A stretch of 64,000 nucleotides of DNA from Octopus bimaculoides (GCF_001194135.2 NC_068992.1:33344243-33408242); one strand, 5' to 3'. Positions 11,407 through 25,945 are shown, counted from the first letter of the stretch. Notes: generated by a model not told the origin, from the letters alone. Numbers and translations are program-made.

Positions 11407-12299
11407 ATATTACTACTACTACTACTACTAAGAACAACAACAACAACAACAACAACAACACTACCAACAACAACAACAACACCAACAACAACAATGCTGA
11501 ATAACAACATAGATGTGCTACACTGGGTTCTCCATTAAAAAACAAATCTAATCTTACAACATCAGTGGAATGAGATAAAGGAACCTGTAAAAGGCTCGAA
11601 GGAAGTGGCTTGTTAACAAAAATAATCACAAAAACGAAATTTTACTGCCATTCAAAGCACAGTTTCTCCCATACATCATGACTCAGTGAAACATGTGTGA
11701 AAGATACATGGGAAATCAAGATTGGAAAGTTTATAAATTATAAAATATCAGTGGAACAAAACAGTAAGTACGTAAATTGATTAATTACACATACACTCAA
11801 ACATACATTTTAATATCCATAGGACTACACATACATCCCAACATTTACACAACTATGTGAAATTTACAGGATACACATACACGTATATGAAAGCATGTGT
11901 CACCAACGAAGCAAAAAGTTACAAAACAATTTTTTTTTAAACTAACACATATAGAGTGAACAATTCATAAGTTTAAGAATGCCACAAGAAACTATTCCTG
12001 GAGATAAATCTATCAAAAAAAAATACAGGTGAATAGAGATCTGTTAGCCATAAGAAGCTACATTACAAACAATGTTTTCATTCAGAGAACTCAGTGGCAG
12101 TGTTGTCTCAAAAGATTAACCCTAAACAGACAGGTCTGTCCCCTAATGTTAATGTCAAAGCTCATCCTGCCTCAATGATAACAAAGCAAAACACAAATCG
12201 GATCATCCGTCACCTGGATCAACAAGGGCCATGTACCCCGGTGAGAAATCAGGCTGGATACGAAAAATCAGTTACTAGTTCAAATCTTCCCGAAACACA

Positions 12300-14834
12300 G
12301 GAGCTGGAAGTACCCCACAACCAGAATATTTCACCAGATGGACATCTATGATAGTCATCAAATAACTAAAAGAAAAAGAATGAAAAATGATCTAGGGGAG
12401 ATAATAAAGAAGTTCATAAGGCCTTCTATTTTGCCATCTATTTCCCCACAAATATAATACAGATCAAGCCTACCTAAACTGGAGACAGAAGCATAGACAG
12501 TAACAAACTTGCCAACATCAGAAGAAACATTATGAAAATAAAATTACTCACTGAATTAGAAATTGACCAAATTAAACAGTCAGTGAGGGATAAAAGGAAT
12601 GAAGTTGCAGCTAAAGAAGATACTACAGAGGAAATAATTATAGACCAACCCAGGTTTGATGAAAATTCAGTTATGATAGAAAGAATTAGTGTAACTGATG
12701 AATAAAGTGAATTACTCCCTGAACCAACAATAAACACCAAGGCAGATGAAAATCAAATAGATGTAGAAAGTCACACAGAAATTATTCAACTGAATTAGAT
12801 GATCTAAAAAGTCAAATCATGATTGAATGGCTGAAAATTAAAGAAACTAGTGTGAATGAATGTGACACTCTCCCAAAAATTCGCAACTCTAACCAAAACC
12901 TGAAAGTAATTGGTAAATCTGCCATGCACTTATGGATATAATTTCAGCTAATGATGTTGATATCACAGATCTCAATCACCTGTACTATGCATCCGCAAAA
13001 ATCTCAATGATTCTATGTGGTGAAAAGATTACAAAACGACATCATTCCCACAAAAAGCCTACTTTGCAAGAGCGTATTCAACATGAAGTTCAGTTACTTA
13101 GGTCAAAGAAGAAGACCAGGAATTTTGGAATAAAATTTGGGCAGAAGGAAAAACACAATAAAAAGGTCCCTTGGATTGCTAGATTATCTACTGACTTAGA
13201 CTCCTTAGAAGAGCAAAAATTGCAGGGTATCAAGGTAGAGGATGTAAGACCTGCTCTCGGGAAGTCAATTAAATGAAAATCTCCAGCAAAGGATAAAATT
13301 CCTAACTTCTGGTTGAATGCCTTCCCAGAGAGACATGGACTGCTAACTAAACTTTACACCAATGTTTTCCAACAATCTAGTATGATTCCCTCTTGGCTAG
13401 TTAATGGTGTTACATTCCTACTTCCAAAACATGAAGAAACAAATGAACCAAAAAATTATAGACCTGCTTAACAACAATGTATAAAATATTAACATCTGTC
13501 TTGATTGCATATACCTATAGCTTTTTAATAGAAATTGTCATATTCCCTAATGAGCAAAAAGGATGTAAATGTGGGTCCTGTGGTTGTAAAGATCAGCTAC
13601 TCATCAATAAGATGATCTTGGAAGATTGTCACAAACAACACAAAAACTTGTCTATAACCTGGATAGACAATAAAAAAGCTTTTGATAGTCTACTATATAG
13701 CTGGATTAAGAAATCTCTGGAAATGTATAAAACTTCTTGTCTGTAAGTATGGGATCATGGAGTACCACACTAACTTTGAACAGTGACAATGGATCTCTTA
13801 ATGCTGGAGATGTAAGATTTCATGTGGCATTTTCCAGGCTGACTCTCTATCACCATTCCTTTTTTGTCTAGCCTTAATACCTCTATCGAAATTGCTCAAT
13901 GATATACAATATGGCTATAAAATGTTAAAAATATAAATCATATCTTTTACATGGATGATTTAAAGCTCTTTGCAAAAAATAACCAGCAACTACAGGGCTT
14001 ACTAGCAATTATTAAACAATTCAATGATAACATCAAGATGCATTTTGACTTCGATAAATGTGCAAAAGCTATCTTTATCAAACGGAAAATGACAGAAACA
14101 TCCAACATTAATCTTGACCAGCAGAATGTCATAAATGAATTAGAACCACCAGAGAGCTACAAATACCTAGGCGCATTTGAAGGTGATGGAATCAAACATT
14201 CAGTGATGAGGGAAAGGATCAGAAAAGAATGTTATCACACAGTAAGGGCAATATTCAAGACAGAGCTGAATGCAAGAAACAGGATCAAAGCAATCAATAC
14301 TTTAGCCATACCGGTCGTGACTTACAATCTCAATATCATTAACTGGTGAATTACTGAAATATGTAATCTTGACGGAAAAATACGGAAATTATTTGTGGGA
14401 ACACAAATCACCTCCAGTGCTTGAAAATGATCACATCTCACTCCTCTGGAACTTCATTGTTCAAACTGACAGAAAGATAGATGCGAATAGGTCAGACATT
14501 ATATTGAGAGACTTCAGACAAAAATCCTGCCTGCTCATTGATATGACTGTCCCAATCGTTATAAATGTATCTGTCAAGACCTACCAATAACTGAGCAAGT
14601 TTAAAGATCTTGAAATAGAAATTGGCAAAATGTGGAACCTCAAGATTAAAACAATACCTGTTGTCATAGATGCCCTAGGAATGATAGCGAAAGGGGCTGA
14701 TTCCTATCTAACTCAGGTATTAAGAAACCCCAAAATGGCTCAAGTTCAAAAGGTATTACTCCCATATCTTACGTATTCTTACATTTTCTTAAACATTCTT
14801 CCAGCTCACTACTACTACTACTACTACTAACAGC

Positions 14835-14865
<31 letters not shown>

Positions 14866-15032
14866 CCAACAACATTCTTTAGAGCAATGCTGTGTGCAAA
14901 ATGAAATATATGACACCCTAGGCATAACACCAACAGGAACTTCTAACTTGTCTCTTGAGGTCTCTGGGTAAGACTTGGAGTCAGCTTGTACAAATACAAA
15001 GCTAAAGTCAAACATATGATGATGATGATGAC
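12300..15032 (+). mobile_element. R4/Dong-like (RLE-endonuclease) non-LTR retrotransposon, degraded with internal deletions
   Basis: RT motifs EQKGCK.GS.GCKDQLLINK, WIDNKKAFDS, GIFQADSLSP, FYMDDLKLFAKN, YKYLG. RLE region LLWNFIVQTDRKIDANRSDII...LIDMTVP...KIKTIPVVIDALG. 3' UTR ends in (GAT)n near 15016-15032. 5' boundary uncertain. Confidence 0.85.
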
Positions 15033-15039
15033 TCAAGGG

Positions 15040-16917
15040 AACAATTTTGAACATAATTTCTGTTGAGCTTGCTTTTTCACTTGATTTAGACTAAAATTGG
15101 CATGCTAATTTCAAACTTACAGTCCGTTTTGTATCTCATCAAGTCTTTTTCAACTGCTTCTTCTCTGAATAAGCACAATTGTATTGTTTGTCTATGATCT
15201 ATTGTCTGGACATCTGCTTTTATCATTTATTGTTAACACTAGGGAATGTTTTGGAAAAACTTTTAGTTGTCTTTCTTTTTACAATTATTCCTATCTGGTT
15301 CTGGGTTCAGAAATGCTCTAAGAAATTTTCTGTCACATCAAGTCTTTGCTAAGTAGGAATTCATTTTTTACAAGAAAAATGTCAATTTTGCCATTATTCT
15401 GAAATAAGAGAATAACACATATCAAACATTACTTTTTATTGTTTAATAAATAATTGTGCAAAATGTTTAATTACACATCCTAGGATACATATTTGTGTCA
15501 AACTGGAGTTTCAGTAACTCAAAGAGTGAACTTTCTCTTTGCTGCTTTACAGGAATAACTTGCATCATGACGGTCTCTTTGTAGAGACCAGCAATAATCA
15601 GCCATCACGTCTGTGTTCCACCTGCCTTGATACCTAATCTCCATGATCTTGATGGAATCTTTCTCCTTTCTCATCACTTATTGCACTATGATTTTCAATG
15701 AAGTAATCCAGATCAATGTGCAAGAAATGCATTTTTACACTCATGTTGCTCAAAAACTGGTTACCATGGTCTGCACAAGTTCTTCATAATTTGGTGATTC
15801 CTGTTTCCCAGAAAATCAGACATAATTGCAAAAAACACAGTCCATGCTTGTTTTTCAGCACCAGACACAGTCTCCAAAAACTGCTCATCCTACAATTGTC
15901 ACCTAATTTGTGGCTTATCAAACACACCAACCTCAATTTTCTCTCAAGACAAAGCTGGAAGTTTTCTGATTAAGTATTTGAAATAGTCACTGCCTCAGTG
16001 TTTCAACACATGTTTTACACAGTGGAGTGCCTAGGCATGCCAAAGTAATGTAAGCCCTTATCACAAAATCTGTGATTTTGCTTTGCTGCCTAGGTAAAGT
16101 GTAACATTCACACAAAAAACATCAGAGCTGTTTTTGCATTTTTTTTTCTCTCTCACAATTGGCCATATTTCTGAAACACATAACATATATTCAAGTCAAA
16201 AAGCACTTTTGGAATTGTCAACAGTAATAAAGTAAGCAAATACAGATTCGCGATGGCAAACTTCCATAAAGAGCATACATACTATGTAGTTCTTCCAACA
16301 GTTCTTTAACCATGCTTGTGACCTCACAATTCAAACATGAAGAGCACAAGAAAAAATTTTCAAAAGAAATTGATAAAGATGCAGCAAACATTTTCTCACC
16401 TGGTTTGCAATCATGGCCACACTAAATCAAGTAAAATGTAGGTATATCTGCAGGTAAATTTCACAAATATGAGATATGTATGATGTCAAGAGTAACTGAA
16501 ATGTGTTGTTTATTAACATCTAATTGTATAAAGGATAATTCTGTCATCATCATGATTCTTAAAACTGGTTAGATTAAAAATAGTGGAAATTGCTCAAGTT
16601 TGATGCTTTTTGTTTGCTAAAAATACTGAAATCATGACTTTCGTTTTCACTTTTGCAGCTGCATTGACATTAAATGATATTGAAAAACTATATTTTCAAA
16701 ATTATCTCAGGCTCAATAAATGGGTCTGCATTGGATGAAACCAACTCTATCCTTAGAAATGGTAACAATACCAAAATGTTGAAAAATGGACATTTGAGTT
16801 TGTGAAAAATTTTGACATGATATAGCCAAATGGTTTTCAGTTTTGCAATCAGCACTACAAAATTACTAGAAAATATGTCTCTGCAATACCAGGCAGCAAG
16901 AACAGTGTTTCCCAGTG
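15040..16917 (-). mobile_element. Chapaev-like (CMC/Transib-related) DNA transposon remnant
   Basis: Minus strand 15580-15860 gives EKQAW...FLGN...SPNYEELVQTM...MSVKMHFLH...SDEKGERFHQD...RYQGRWNTDVMADYCWSLQRD, a motif string I associate with Chapaev3 transposases. Right terminus TGTTTCCCAGTG (CACTG end); left terminus poorly defined. Confidence 0.6.
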
Positions 16918-19170
16918 CAATAGATGTAAGGCAAAAATAGCTTTCTCAAACAGTAATTTTGTAAAACAATATCATAAACTGGTTGGACAAGAATGGTAAG
17001 ACAGCTGGAGAACATGTGCTTAATCTGGAAGGCTTTTGCTGTAGTATCATAAATATGCTACAGGCATATGATAAAACGACAATGACAATGTCTTAGAAAC
17101 TTTTTCTGAAAATATTTGTCACAAATGAAAATGTTCATCTCAAAATTTACTGGTTTTGTTTCATTATTTCATAAGCTGTTTGCATAATCCCTGAAATCAC
17201 ATGTATATATTTAATGTTCTCAAGACACATGTACACAATTTTCATCCATCTTTCACCCCATATATGATCATTCCTAATATAGCTTACCATTAACCATATA
17301 TTGAACACAACCCACTCTGGTCAATCCTGCTGCTTACTGATAATTCCACCCCATCCATAGCAACAACTTCTATAAATACTGAGTTATTAACTGATCAAAT
17401 ATTCTTGAGATATATTTGAACCCATCAGAAAGCTATTCACTGTGCTTTGTCATGGAGAAACTTTTTCTCATTGTAAACAAAGTGTAAGTACACCAGAATC
17501 AGCTTGCAGCACCACCTGCCCAGACTATGAGTTGTAAGCATTTCAGAATGGTTATCTCCTCTCACTGTAATTCTTCTGTATTCATTATTCCTCTAAAGTG
17601 TGCAAACTCATATTTGAGGGAACTTTGAAGTTACTGGCACTTTTCAAAAACTTTTTACTGTGTTTTTCTAGTAACATCTATTACAGTCTGAAAATGTGTT
17701 TGTGTCTTTGTATGTGCATGTGCATGTGCATTAACAAAAAATGTAAAACTCTCCAAGTAAAAGTAAAAACTAGTATTTTTTTAATTAAAAAAAATACCTT
17801 GCATGGTATTTGTTCTACCCAAATTGAACGGATGCTCCCTTGTCATTCTTGCCATCATAAATGCAGTGAACCAGTGATTGGTCATTGGAAACATATAATC
17901 AATGACTTTATTGCTCACAAAGTGTGATGTAAAATAAAAATATAAAATAAATTTCAATGAGGTAGACTGAGCCATTTAATAATTATGTGTACTGGTTTCA
18001 GACACAATACAAAATACATTGTGCTAACTTTACAGTTTTTTTTTTCCATACTCTATTAGCTTTGCTGTCTGTCTTTTCATGCTGTAACTATTCTTCCAAA
18101 ATACCCAGCTATTTTCTCAGTGCAGCAGTCTTCTCTAGGCGTATATTTCACATACATGGCATTAGTGAAAGTTTATTTCACTTCCCATTTGCAGCTTCTC
18201 CTATCTCTCAGTAACACACATGTACATACAAATGGTACATATGTTATAACACATTGCTTTTCATTGCAGAGATAATTCAGTAAAGAAAGCTGTTATTTAA
18301 ACTACAGTGTAGAAATATTATGTTTGAAAGCTGCTTCAGTAATAATAAGGTAGTCTTGTCAATAGATTATTGCCAACTTCCTGCAATCGTCACAGCACTC
18401 TGTTAAACGAGAGCTAATCACATGCACTAATGCACCAGCACATTTAACAGCTTTATGGTCAGTTTACTTCGAGCTACTTGAAATCACACTATTCTTTAGG
18501 AACTTCCTCAGCTGTAATGTTATTATTCAGATAAAAGGATATTTTACTATCCCCAATGAATTACTAAATTTCACTGTCTTCACACATTCCCTGCTATCCT
18601 TCTGATCTAAGGTGCCACAAAACTCCTCCTATTTGGCTCTCATTAAAACCAGTTAATCCTCAAGTTAACAAGGAAATATCTACATAGTCACTCAACCTTC
18701 TAGAAATAATAGTCAAATCTCCTCAAATTACACCTCACCATGTTTAAAATGAATGGACACACTGGATAAATGTAATCTAAGATACACTATGCCTAAAAAG
18801 AAAAAGATTACCAAGCAATTAAACAGTAAGAAATTAATCATCTTTACTAATCTATTAAAAGTAGTACTTTATTGTGGATGTGTGATTGTTCCTAGGTCAT
18901 CCCTTGTTAATGTATATGAAATCAGGATCAAAGTTAAGTCCAATCAAGACCATACTTTTTTATTCTTGAATACTGCACTGAGGACAACATTATCAAATAT
19001 GACAGAAGAATAAGATTTGAGGGAAATTCAGTTGCTATTTCTAGATGGACAACTAACAATTTTGAGGCTTATCAATGTTATTGTAGCTATCAATGTAATT
19101 GCTGGTAACCTGATCACCTTTTTGGTTTATTCTACAAGTAGTTGATTGAAAGAAGCTGTAGCCATCGAGT

Positions 19171-22100
19171 CTGTGGTGGATCTGCATTATTGGGGCTCTG
19201 AAGCTTAAAATGCTATGATGGGGGGAGGGGGGGGGGNNNNNNNNNNNNNNNNNNNNNNNNNNNNNNNNNNNNNNNNNNNNNNNNNNNNNNNNNNNNNNNN
19301 NNNNNNGGGGGCTTTACAACCAGCAACAGTAGGATAATGTCCAACAAGATTCAAAGTATTTTCGTGCCCTTGCAAGGATCTCCAGCCTTGAGGCCTTGAT
19401 AGCCCAAAAGGTAGAGTGTTGATGTGGAGTCCTTAAAGATGAGTTTGACAGTGAGCCCTCTTTCCAACAGAAACAAGAAGTAGGCAATCACTGATATCTT
19501 TATCAATGTGGTTGTTCCATGGCAGATCACCACAATTTTCTTTACAAATTTAAGCACTACATTTCACATTGTGATTGTCGAAGTCACTAATGTGAACAAA
19601 TATTTTCCAGGCTATGCCTTATACTTTTAGAGTTATGGGGGTTGAAAATTAGGGAATCGTTATATACATGCATGATGCATTATAGAATAAAGACATAAAA
19701 CATAACAAATACCACAGTTAATATAATCTAATATTAATCTTATATTTAAGATACATATGAAAATTACAAAATACCTTTTTTTCTGTTCTTTGTAGCAACG
19801 TATTTTCTTACAGTTTTGTCATATGAGAGCTTCTTTGCAATGCCATTTTCTAGAAACAACATGCATAAGAAATTTAAGTGCCTCCAGTTATGGTGGACCG
19901 AAATTTATTCCTTATAAAGGAAAGCTTTGAGAAATTCCTTTCTGTGTCACAGCTCGTGATAGGCATTTTCAAGTACAGTTTAATTGCAGTGGTAATATTA
20001 GGGAACACTTCAATTAATGGTTGCTCGAAAATAAGCTAAAGAACTTCTATGCCTTGTATTTTAGATGATCTGCTTTCTTCTGTGTTCCAGGATTTCCTAA
20101 GGTGTAAATACTCATTGAACTGATAACAATCATTTACTAATTTGTGGTCAATATTGTCTTTGTAATGCAATATTATAAGTTCAATACTATCTTCATCAAA
20201 TTCTGAATTGGTCATCAATTCTGAGAGCAACTTGAACTTTTTCACAATCTGGATCCATATGGGTCCATCCTCCTGCCTAACTAGATTATCAAGCAGTCAT
20301 GGACTTGATTCTATCCTAAATTTTTCAGCCTCTTTCAAAGAAGCCCTATCACGTGTTCCATCTGCAAATTTCTTTGTAACAATGTATTTGTATGTATCAG
20401 AATAATTTGAGGTGATATATTCACATAAACCTTTTGCTACTGATTCATAGTGTGCAATCCTGTTGACTGAATTTTCTTGTAGTTTTTTAACAGATGAAAG
20501 CAAAGATGTTAGCAGAAGGTAACCTTCAAATACATCACGAGCAGGGGTTTGGAGTTTCTTACTTATTTTGTTAAAATGCTCCATAACTTCTCCCCAAACG
20601 ACTGTTAAAACAGCATATTCCAATTTTACCAACTTGTGGTATAAATTTTTTACATCTCGCTTACATTCAGGCATCTTTTCTGAGTCATCAAACATATGTT
20701 TGAGAGTTTGTAAAATATCCTTATGGCCATTTTTAATTGCCTGGACTGCTTCATTGTATGCAGACCATCTAGTTACACTTAAGCTCTTTTGAAAAAAGGC
20801 TAGATTGCCCAGTGTGTTTAAAATCCCCCATCTTTGAGGAGATTCAGAAATGAAAACATACAGCTGCTGCCAAAATAGTCAACAACTTCAGGTACAGTAG
20901 ACACTGCTTTTTCTCCAACAAGCTTGTGTGAACGGCTTGCACATGGCACATAGTCTGCATACTTGTTAATGTTTTTAAGAAATGCAGCCCGTTCTCTGAG
21001 CCCTTCATGCTGGAAGCATTATTATACAACTGACCATGGATATTTTCAAGTGAAAGCTTATGCTCCCCCAGGAATTGTGTTATTTTGTTGAACACAGTTA
21101 TGGATGAATGGTTTTCTATTGGAAAAAAGGCTAAAAATCTCTCACAGGCCTTCCTTATAAGAGTATCGAACCACAATTATCAGCTGGTCAACATGTGTTA
21201 TGTCAGGAGTGGAGTCAACTATAATTGAGTAGTATTTGATATCTAAGTTGTTGATCTGATTCACCACTTTATCTTTCACATGTTTTCCCATGATTTCTAT
21301 TAATTCTTCATACACGGATTTGGATAGGTAAGTAATACTTACTTGTTCATTAAAAAATTTTTCTAAACGTTCATGTAAAAATGTGTCAAACTCCACAATA
21401 TGCTCAATAGTCACCATGAAATTTCCATTGTTGGGGAGCCCCACTTTTCCTCATGACCTCTAAATGCTAAACCTCTTTCACTTTTTAAGTACTTCAAAAT
21501 AGTACTGCATGTTTTTTTCTCAACTGTTCATCAAGTTGCTGATCCACAGTGTTTTTATTTGACTTCCGTGTTAGCCAGCTCAACATTACCTTGTTATGTT
21601 TCATGCCATCTTCATGATTTTCTAGAGTGCTGAGTATAGTCATCCAATCAGAAAACCCATCCATTGTAAGTGATATTTGGCATTTAGAAAAGAGTTTGCT
21701 CTTTGAGGAATCTAACTAGGATCTCATCACAGTTTGACCATTTTACAATCTTGTTTTCAAAGTACTTGTTTGAGAAACTTCGATTTTGATGTTTATAAAT
21801 CTTATTGGATTCAGTATATATATTATCTGTTTTTCCTTTTTTTAATTTTGAAAAAATGTGATGTTTTGCATTAAACAATTTTGTATGAAATCATTATCAC
21901 ATGGTACGGGCTAGTTTGCCTGGTCACTGTATTCTTTATAATCACTAAATTTGCTTCCTGTTTCTGTTCTCTTTTTTCTTGAAGTTCTTGACCACTATGA
22001 TCATTATCGGCACCAAAAGTGTCGACAGTAGGTTGATTATTGTTAAACAGAGCACCCATGGCTGGTGCTCTATCACTGACTTCACTGGTGCTTGCATGAC

Positions 22101-22743
22101 TTGTTTCAGTTGCAGGTGATTACAAACTTTTACTTGACATTATAAAATAGATTGATAGTTTTTGACATTTAGAAATTTCATTAGATTGCTTTTCCTTGAG
22201 TTGGCATTTCTGGTATCCACTTAAGTACTTTTTGAAGACATTGCAATTCCTCCTGTGGTCTAGACCTCCCTGAAAAAAAATTGCGGTAATATTTTCCTTA
22301 GCAAGACAGAGATCAATCAAGATAAAGGTCCACAACTTAATATATAGTCATAAAGGAAGAATTGTATATTTTGTACAAGGTGATATTCAAACAATTTTGA
22401 AGTAGAAAAAATGCTTTGTTACTGAACAGATTGTAAGAGGGCAGGGCTAAAGTTTCCAAAATAATTCAAGGAAGGCAAATTATCTGCGAATCATTTGTAC
22501 TTTTATTTTTTTAAATACTCTACACTGGCAGAAATAGTGGGTGGAACAACCATGGCTAGACACTGCATGCCTAGACTATGAGATGATGTTGTCCACTAAG
22601 ACTGCGAACAGCAATCTGCATGGCAAAGTAAAAAAACAAAAAAATTGACTGAATGAAGAAACTAAATGGCTTCAGAGGAGCCCCTCTGGGATTAGGGTCC
22701 CTGAAGCTTAAGCTTCATTAGTCATATAGTAGATCTGCCACTG
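19171..22743 (-). mobile_element. Near full-length decayed hAT transposon (ZMYM1-like transposase)
   Basis: TIRs CTGTGGTGGATCT / AGATCTGCCACTG (10/13 match). Imperfect 8-bp TSD CATCGAGT / CATCCATT. Fragments GNF...YLSKSVYEELI...YYSIIVDSTPDITHVDQL...RY, GQLYNNASSMKG and a C-terminal dimerisation region. Multiple stops and frameshifts. Confidence 0.85.
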
Positions 22744-22879
22744 CATCCATTTTGAGTCAAGGAGCTTGTTTTCAGATCGAGTGGAAAGAATGCATGCTTC
22801 ACTAGTTAAAGACAATAAATGATAGTAGCAGAACATTTGTTGTTACAGTGTTTAGGCCAGGTGAATGTCTGGGAAATTT

Positions 22880-22965
22880 CAGTAAATTATGGAGGGTGAT
22901 CAACCAGTTCAAAGCTACAGTTGTGCACAGCAGCCATTGAAATCAAGGAGTTGTGAGCTGGAGCT
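22880..22965 (-). mobile_element. Short mariner fragment
   Basis: GATCAACCAGTTCAAAGCTACAGTTGTGCACAGCAGCC matches 39405-39445 and, inverted, the 49300-49350 region. Confidence 0.5.
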
Positions 22966-24354
22966 CCAAAATATTATTCAAGTTTTCTGGGTGTATTTGA
23001 ATGAAGACCTCAATTCTCTATGAAATTTGTTCATATTCATTATTGTGTCCTTTCCTTCTAGGACAATACAGGTTACTACCCACAAGATTCAAATATGCAA
23101 AAGAAAACAGATAATTTTAGATGAGGTCTGGATTAATTAATACACTTCTGCCATTGCTGATTCATCAAATACTAAAATATTCTAAATAACCTCAAAAATA
23201 ATATGGACTGCTAGGAGACAGATTTTTCATTATGCAGTTAAAAACTTTGGTAAGTAATGATAATGAAGTGATAGTCTATAATCATCACTATTTATAATCA
23301 GTCTTATATCTATAGCTCATACATTAAGAAAGGTAAAAGTAGAATATGAATTAGTAAAATATTAATAAATTATGAACCAACAATTACTTATGAATAACCT
23401 GAAAATATTCAGTAAGAATGAAAACTCGCTCTGGCAAACAGTTTATGAATATTCAAGAAAGACATAGAAACAGAATTTAGTATTAATAAGTGTGGCATCC
23501 TTACCACTAAGGGGAACAAATAATCTGGGATTGGAGGAATTGAGCTTCCCACAGATGAGAATATAATGTAAAGTGGTAAGTGTATTTAGAAGATTTAAAA
23601 ATGGTTAGCATAAAAAAATAAAAATTAAGGCTACACCAAAAAAAAAAAATAAATAAATATATTAGAAGAGAAAAGGAAATATTACAAATCCCTCCTGAGT
23701 AGCAAAAATGTTATTAGAATTAAGAACTCACATGCTTTCTTGATTGATATAATGCAGGTGTCATCAAATAAAACATCCAAAGACTAAAGAATACTAATAG
23801 AAAGACTCTTAGAATTGCTCTTACTACACTATACATTTCATAAGAATAGTGATAATAAGAGACTGTATGTGAAATACAGTGGATGATAAGAAGGGCTGAG
23901 AATTAGGAATGAAGAGAGCAACACATACATGAAAAGAGAAAGAAAATATCATTGGAAAGCAGGAAAGAAAAACTGAATGAAGAAAAGATGCATGAAATTC
24001 TCATCAAGAAGTGTATTGGACATCGGCATGGATCTAGGATTACTTAAGGAAATGGAAAATGAAGAAAGCCCTTGATGGCATGTTAATAATATCTGAAGAA
24101 TAAGCTATAAAGATAAGAGTAATTAGCAAACATATAGGTAAGTAGAATATATTGACATGATGTCAAGTATGTGCTGAAAGAAGTTATTGTTGTCTACTTT
24201 GTATCAGCGTGTAAGAAACTAGCACAGAAACAGAAAAAAAGGCTAAAGACATGACAAAAATGTATATGAGTTATATGCACTTTTTGCATATATAGGTAGT
24301 TGTATAAAACATGCAAACAGCAATGACAACAGCAACAATAATAATAACTCTTTC

Positions 24355-24497
24355 TATTATAGGCACAAGGCCTGAAAGTTTTGGGGGAAAGGGTTAGTCG
24401 ATTACATTGACCCCAGTACAAGACTGATACTTGTTTAATCAATGTCTAAAGGATGAAAGGCAAAGTCGACCTCAGTTGAATTTGAACTAAGAACATG
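24355..24497 (-). mobile_element. SINE family B, partial
   Basis: GTCGATTACATTGACCCCAGTAC...GGATGAAAGGCAAAGTCGACCTC...TTTGAACT is the reverse complement of the family B body. Confidence 0.6.
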
Positions 24498-24521
24498 ATG
24501 ATGATGATGATGATGATAATA

Positions 24522-24581
<60 letters not shown>

Positions 24582-24585
24582 GCAA
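24498..24585. repeat. (GAT)n(AAT)n microsatellite
   Basis: Direct reading; source of the poly-Y, poly-I and poly-H ORFs. Confidence 0.95.
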
Positions 24586-24829
24586 CAACTACTCCAACAA
24601 TGAACAATTTGATAATAACAATGTAAAACATTCTTAATAAGGACATGAAAAAGGGTAGTTTTAAAAAAGCCGATAAGCAAACACTCGCAGGCATGGCTGA
24701 GTGGTAGGAAGCTTGTTTCCCAACCATATGGTTCTGGCTTAAGCCTTGGGCTGACCAAATCTTTGTGAGTGGATGTGGTAGATGAAAACTGAAAGAAGCC
24801 TGTCATATGTGTGTGTGTGTGTATACATA

Positions 24830-25902
24830 CAGGGGTTGGACAATATAATGGAAACACCTAGCATCATAGCATCATAGTTTTGAAATATCTATAAAACTGT
24901 CAAAAGCTTGTTTATTTTTATGTTTTTTGATTTATTATTAGTGTTGCTTAATATGTTTTTCTAAAATTGCAGTTTCTTTTCAGATATCATCAGAAAAAGG
25001 TAATTAAAATTCATTAAAATGACAGATCTATTGCTCTTTCAAAAGGTCAAATTGTTGGTGCTCGTACGGCAAGCACTAGCATAACGGAAACGGCCAAAAT
25101 ATTTGGTGCATCGAGAAGTACTATCTTGAAAGTAATGACAGCCTTTGAGAAAGAGGGAAAAACCTGTTCATCAAAACAAAATTCTGGAGGAAAACGAAAA
25201 CTTTTAGATAGGGACCATCGAACTGTTATGTGAATTGTTAGAAAGGATCACAAAAGTACAGCTCTCAAAATTACTGCAGAGCTTAATGACCACTTTGAGA
25301 ACCCAGTTTCCACAAAAACTGTTCTCCAGGAGCTGCACAAAGCCGAATTTCATGGGAGGACTATAATCAGAAAACCGCCACTTTCAAAAACAAACGTTGC
25401 AAAGCATTTAGAGTGGAGTAAAAACTTACTGAACTGGTCCCTAGAGCAGTGGAAGAATGTTATTTTCTTGGATGAGTCATCCTTTCCCTTATTTCCGACC
25501 ACTGGCTGAGCATACGTGTGGAGACAGCCAAAAGAAGCATTTAACCCAGATTGTCTTCTTCCAACTGTTAAACATGGAGGAGGATCTGTGATGATCTGGG
25601 GGGTTATATCTTGGAAATCTGCTGGCCCCCACAGTCCCCAGACCTCAATATTACTGAACATTTATGGTGCATTTTAGAAAAGCAAGTAAGGAATCAATAT
25701 CATCCACCATCATCACTAGAAGAACTGGAGACTGTTTTAGCTGAAGAATGGATAAAAATTCCTTTAGAAACAATTCAAACTTTGTACAAGTCCATACCTC
25801 ATAGAATTCAAGCTGTAATTACTGCCAAAGGGAGTCCTACCCAATGTTAAAATTAATTTGTTTGGAATTTTATGGTGGTTCCATTATTTTGTCAGACCCC
25901 TG
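24830..25902 (+). mobile_element. Tc1-family transposon with internal deletion
   Basis: TIRs CAGGGGTTGGACAATATAATGGAAACACC / GGTGGTTCCATTATTTTGTCAGACCCCTG, TA on both sides. Transposase MTDL..FQKGQIVGAR...VIFLDES...TVKHGGGSVMIWG joined to WPPQSPDLNITEHLW. In-frame stops. Confidence 0.92.
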
Positions 25903-25903
25903 T

Positions 25904-25945
<42 letters not shown>

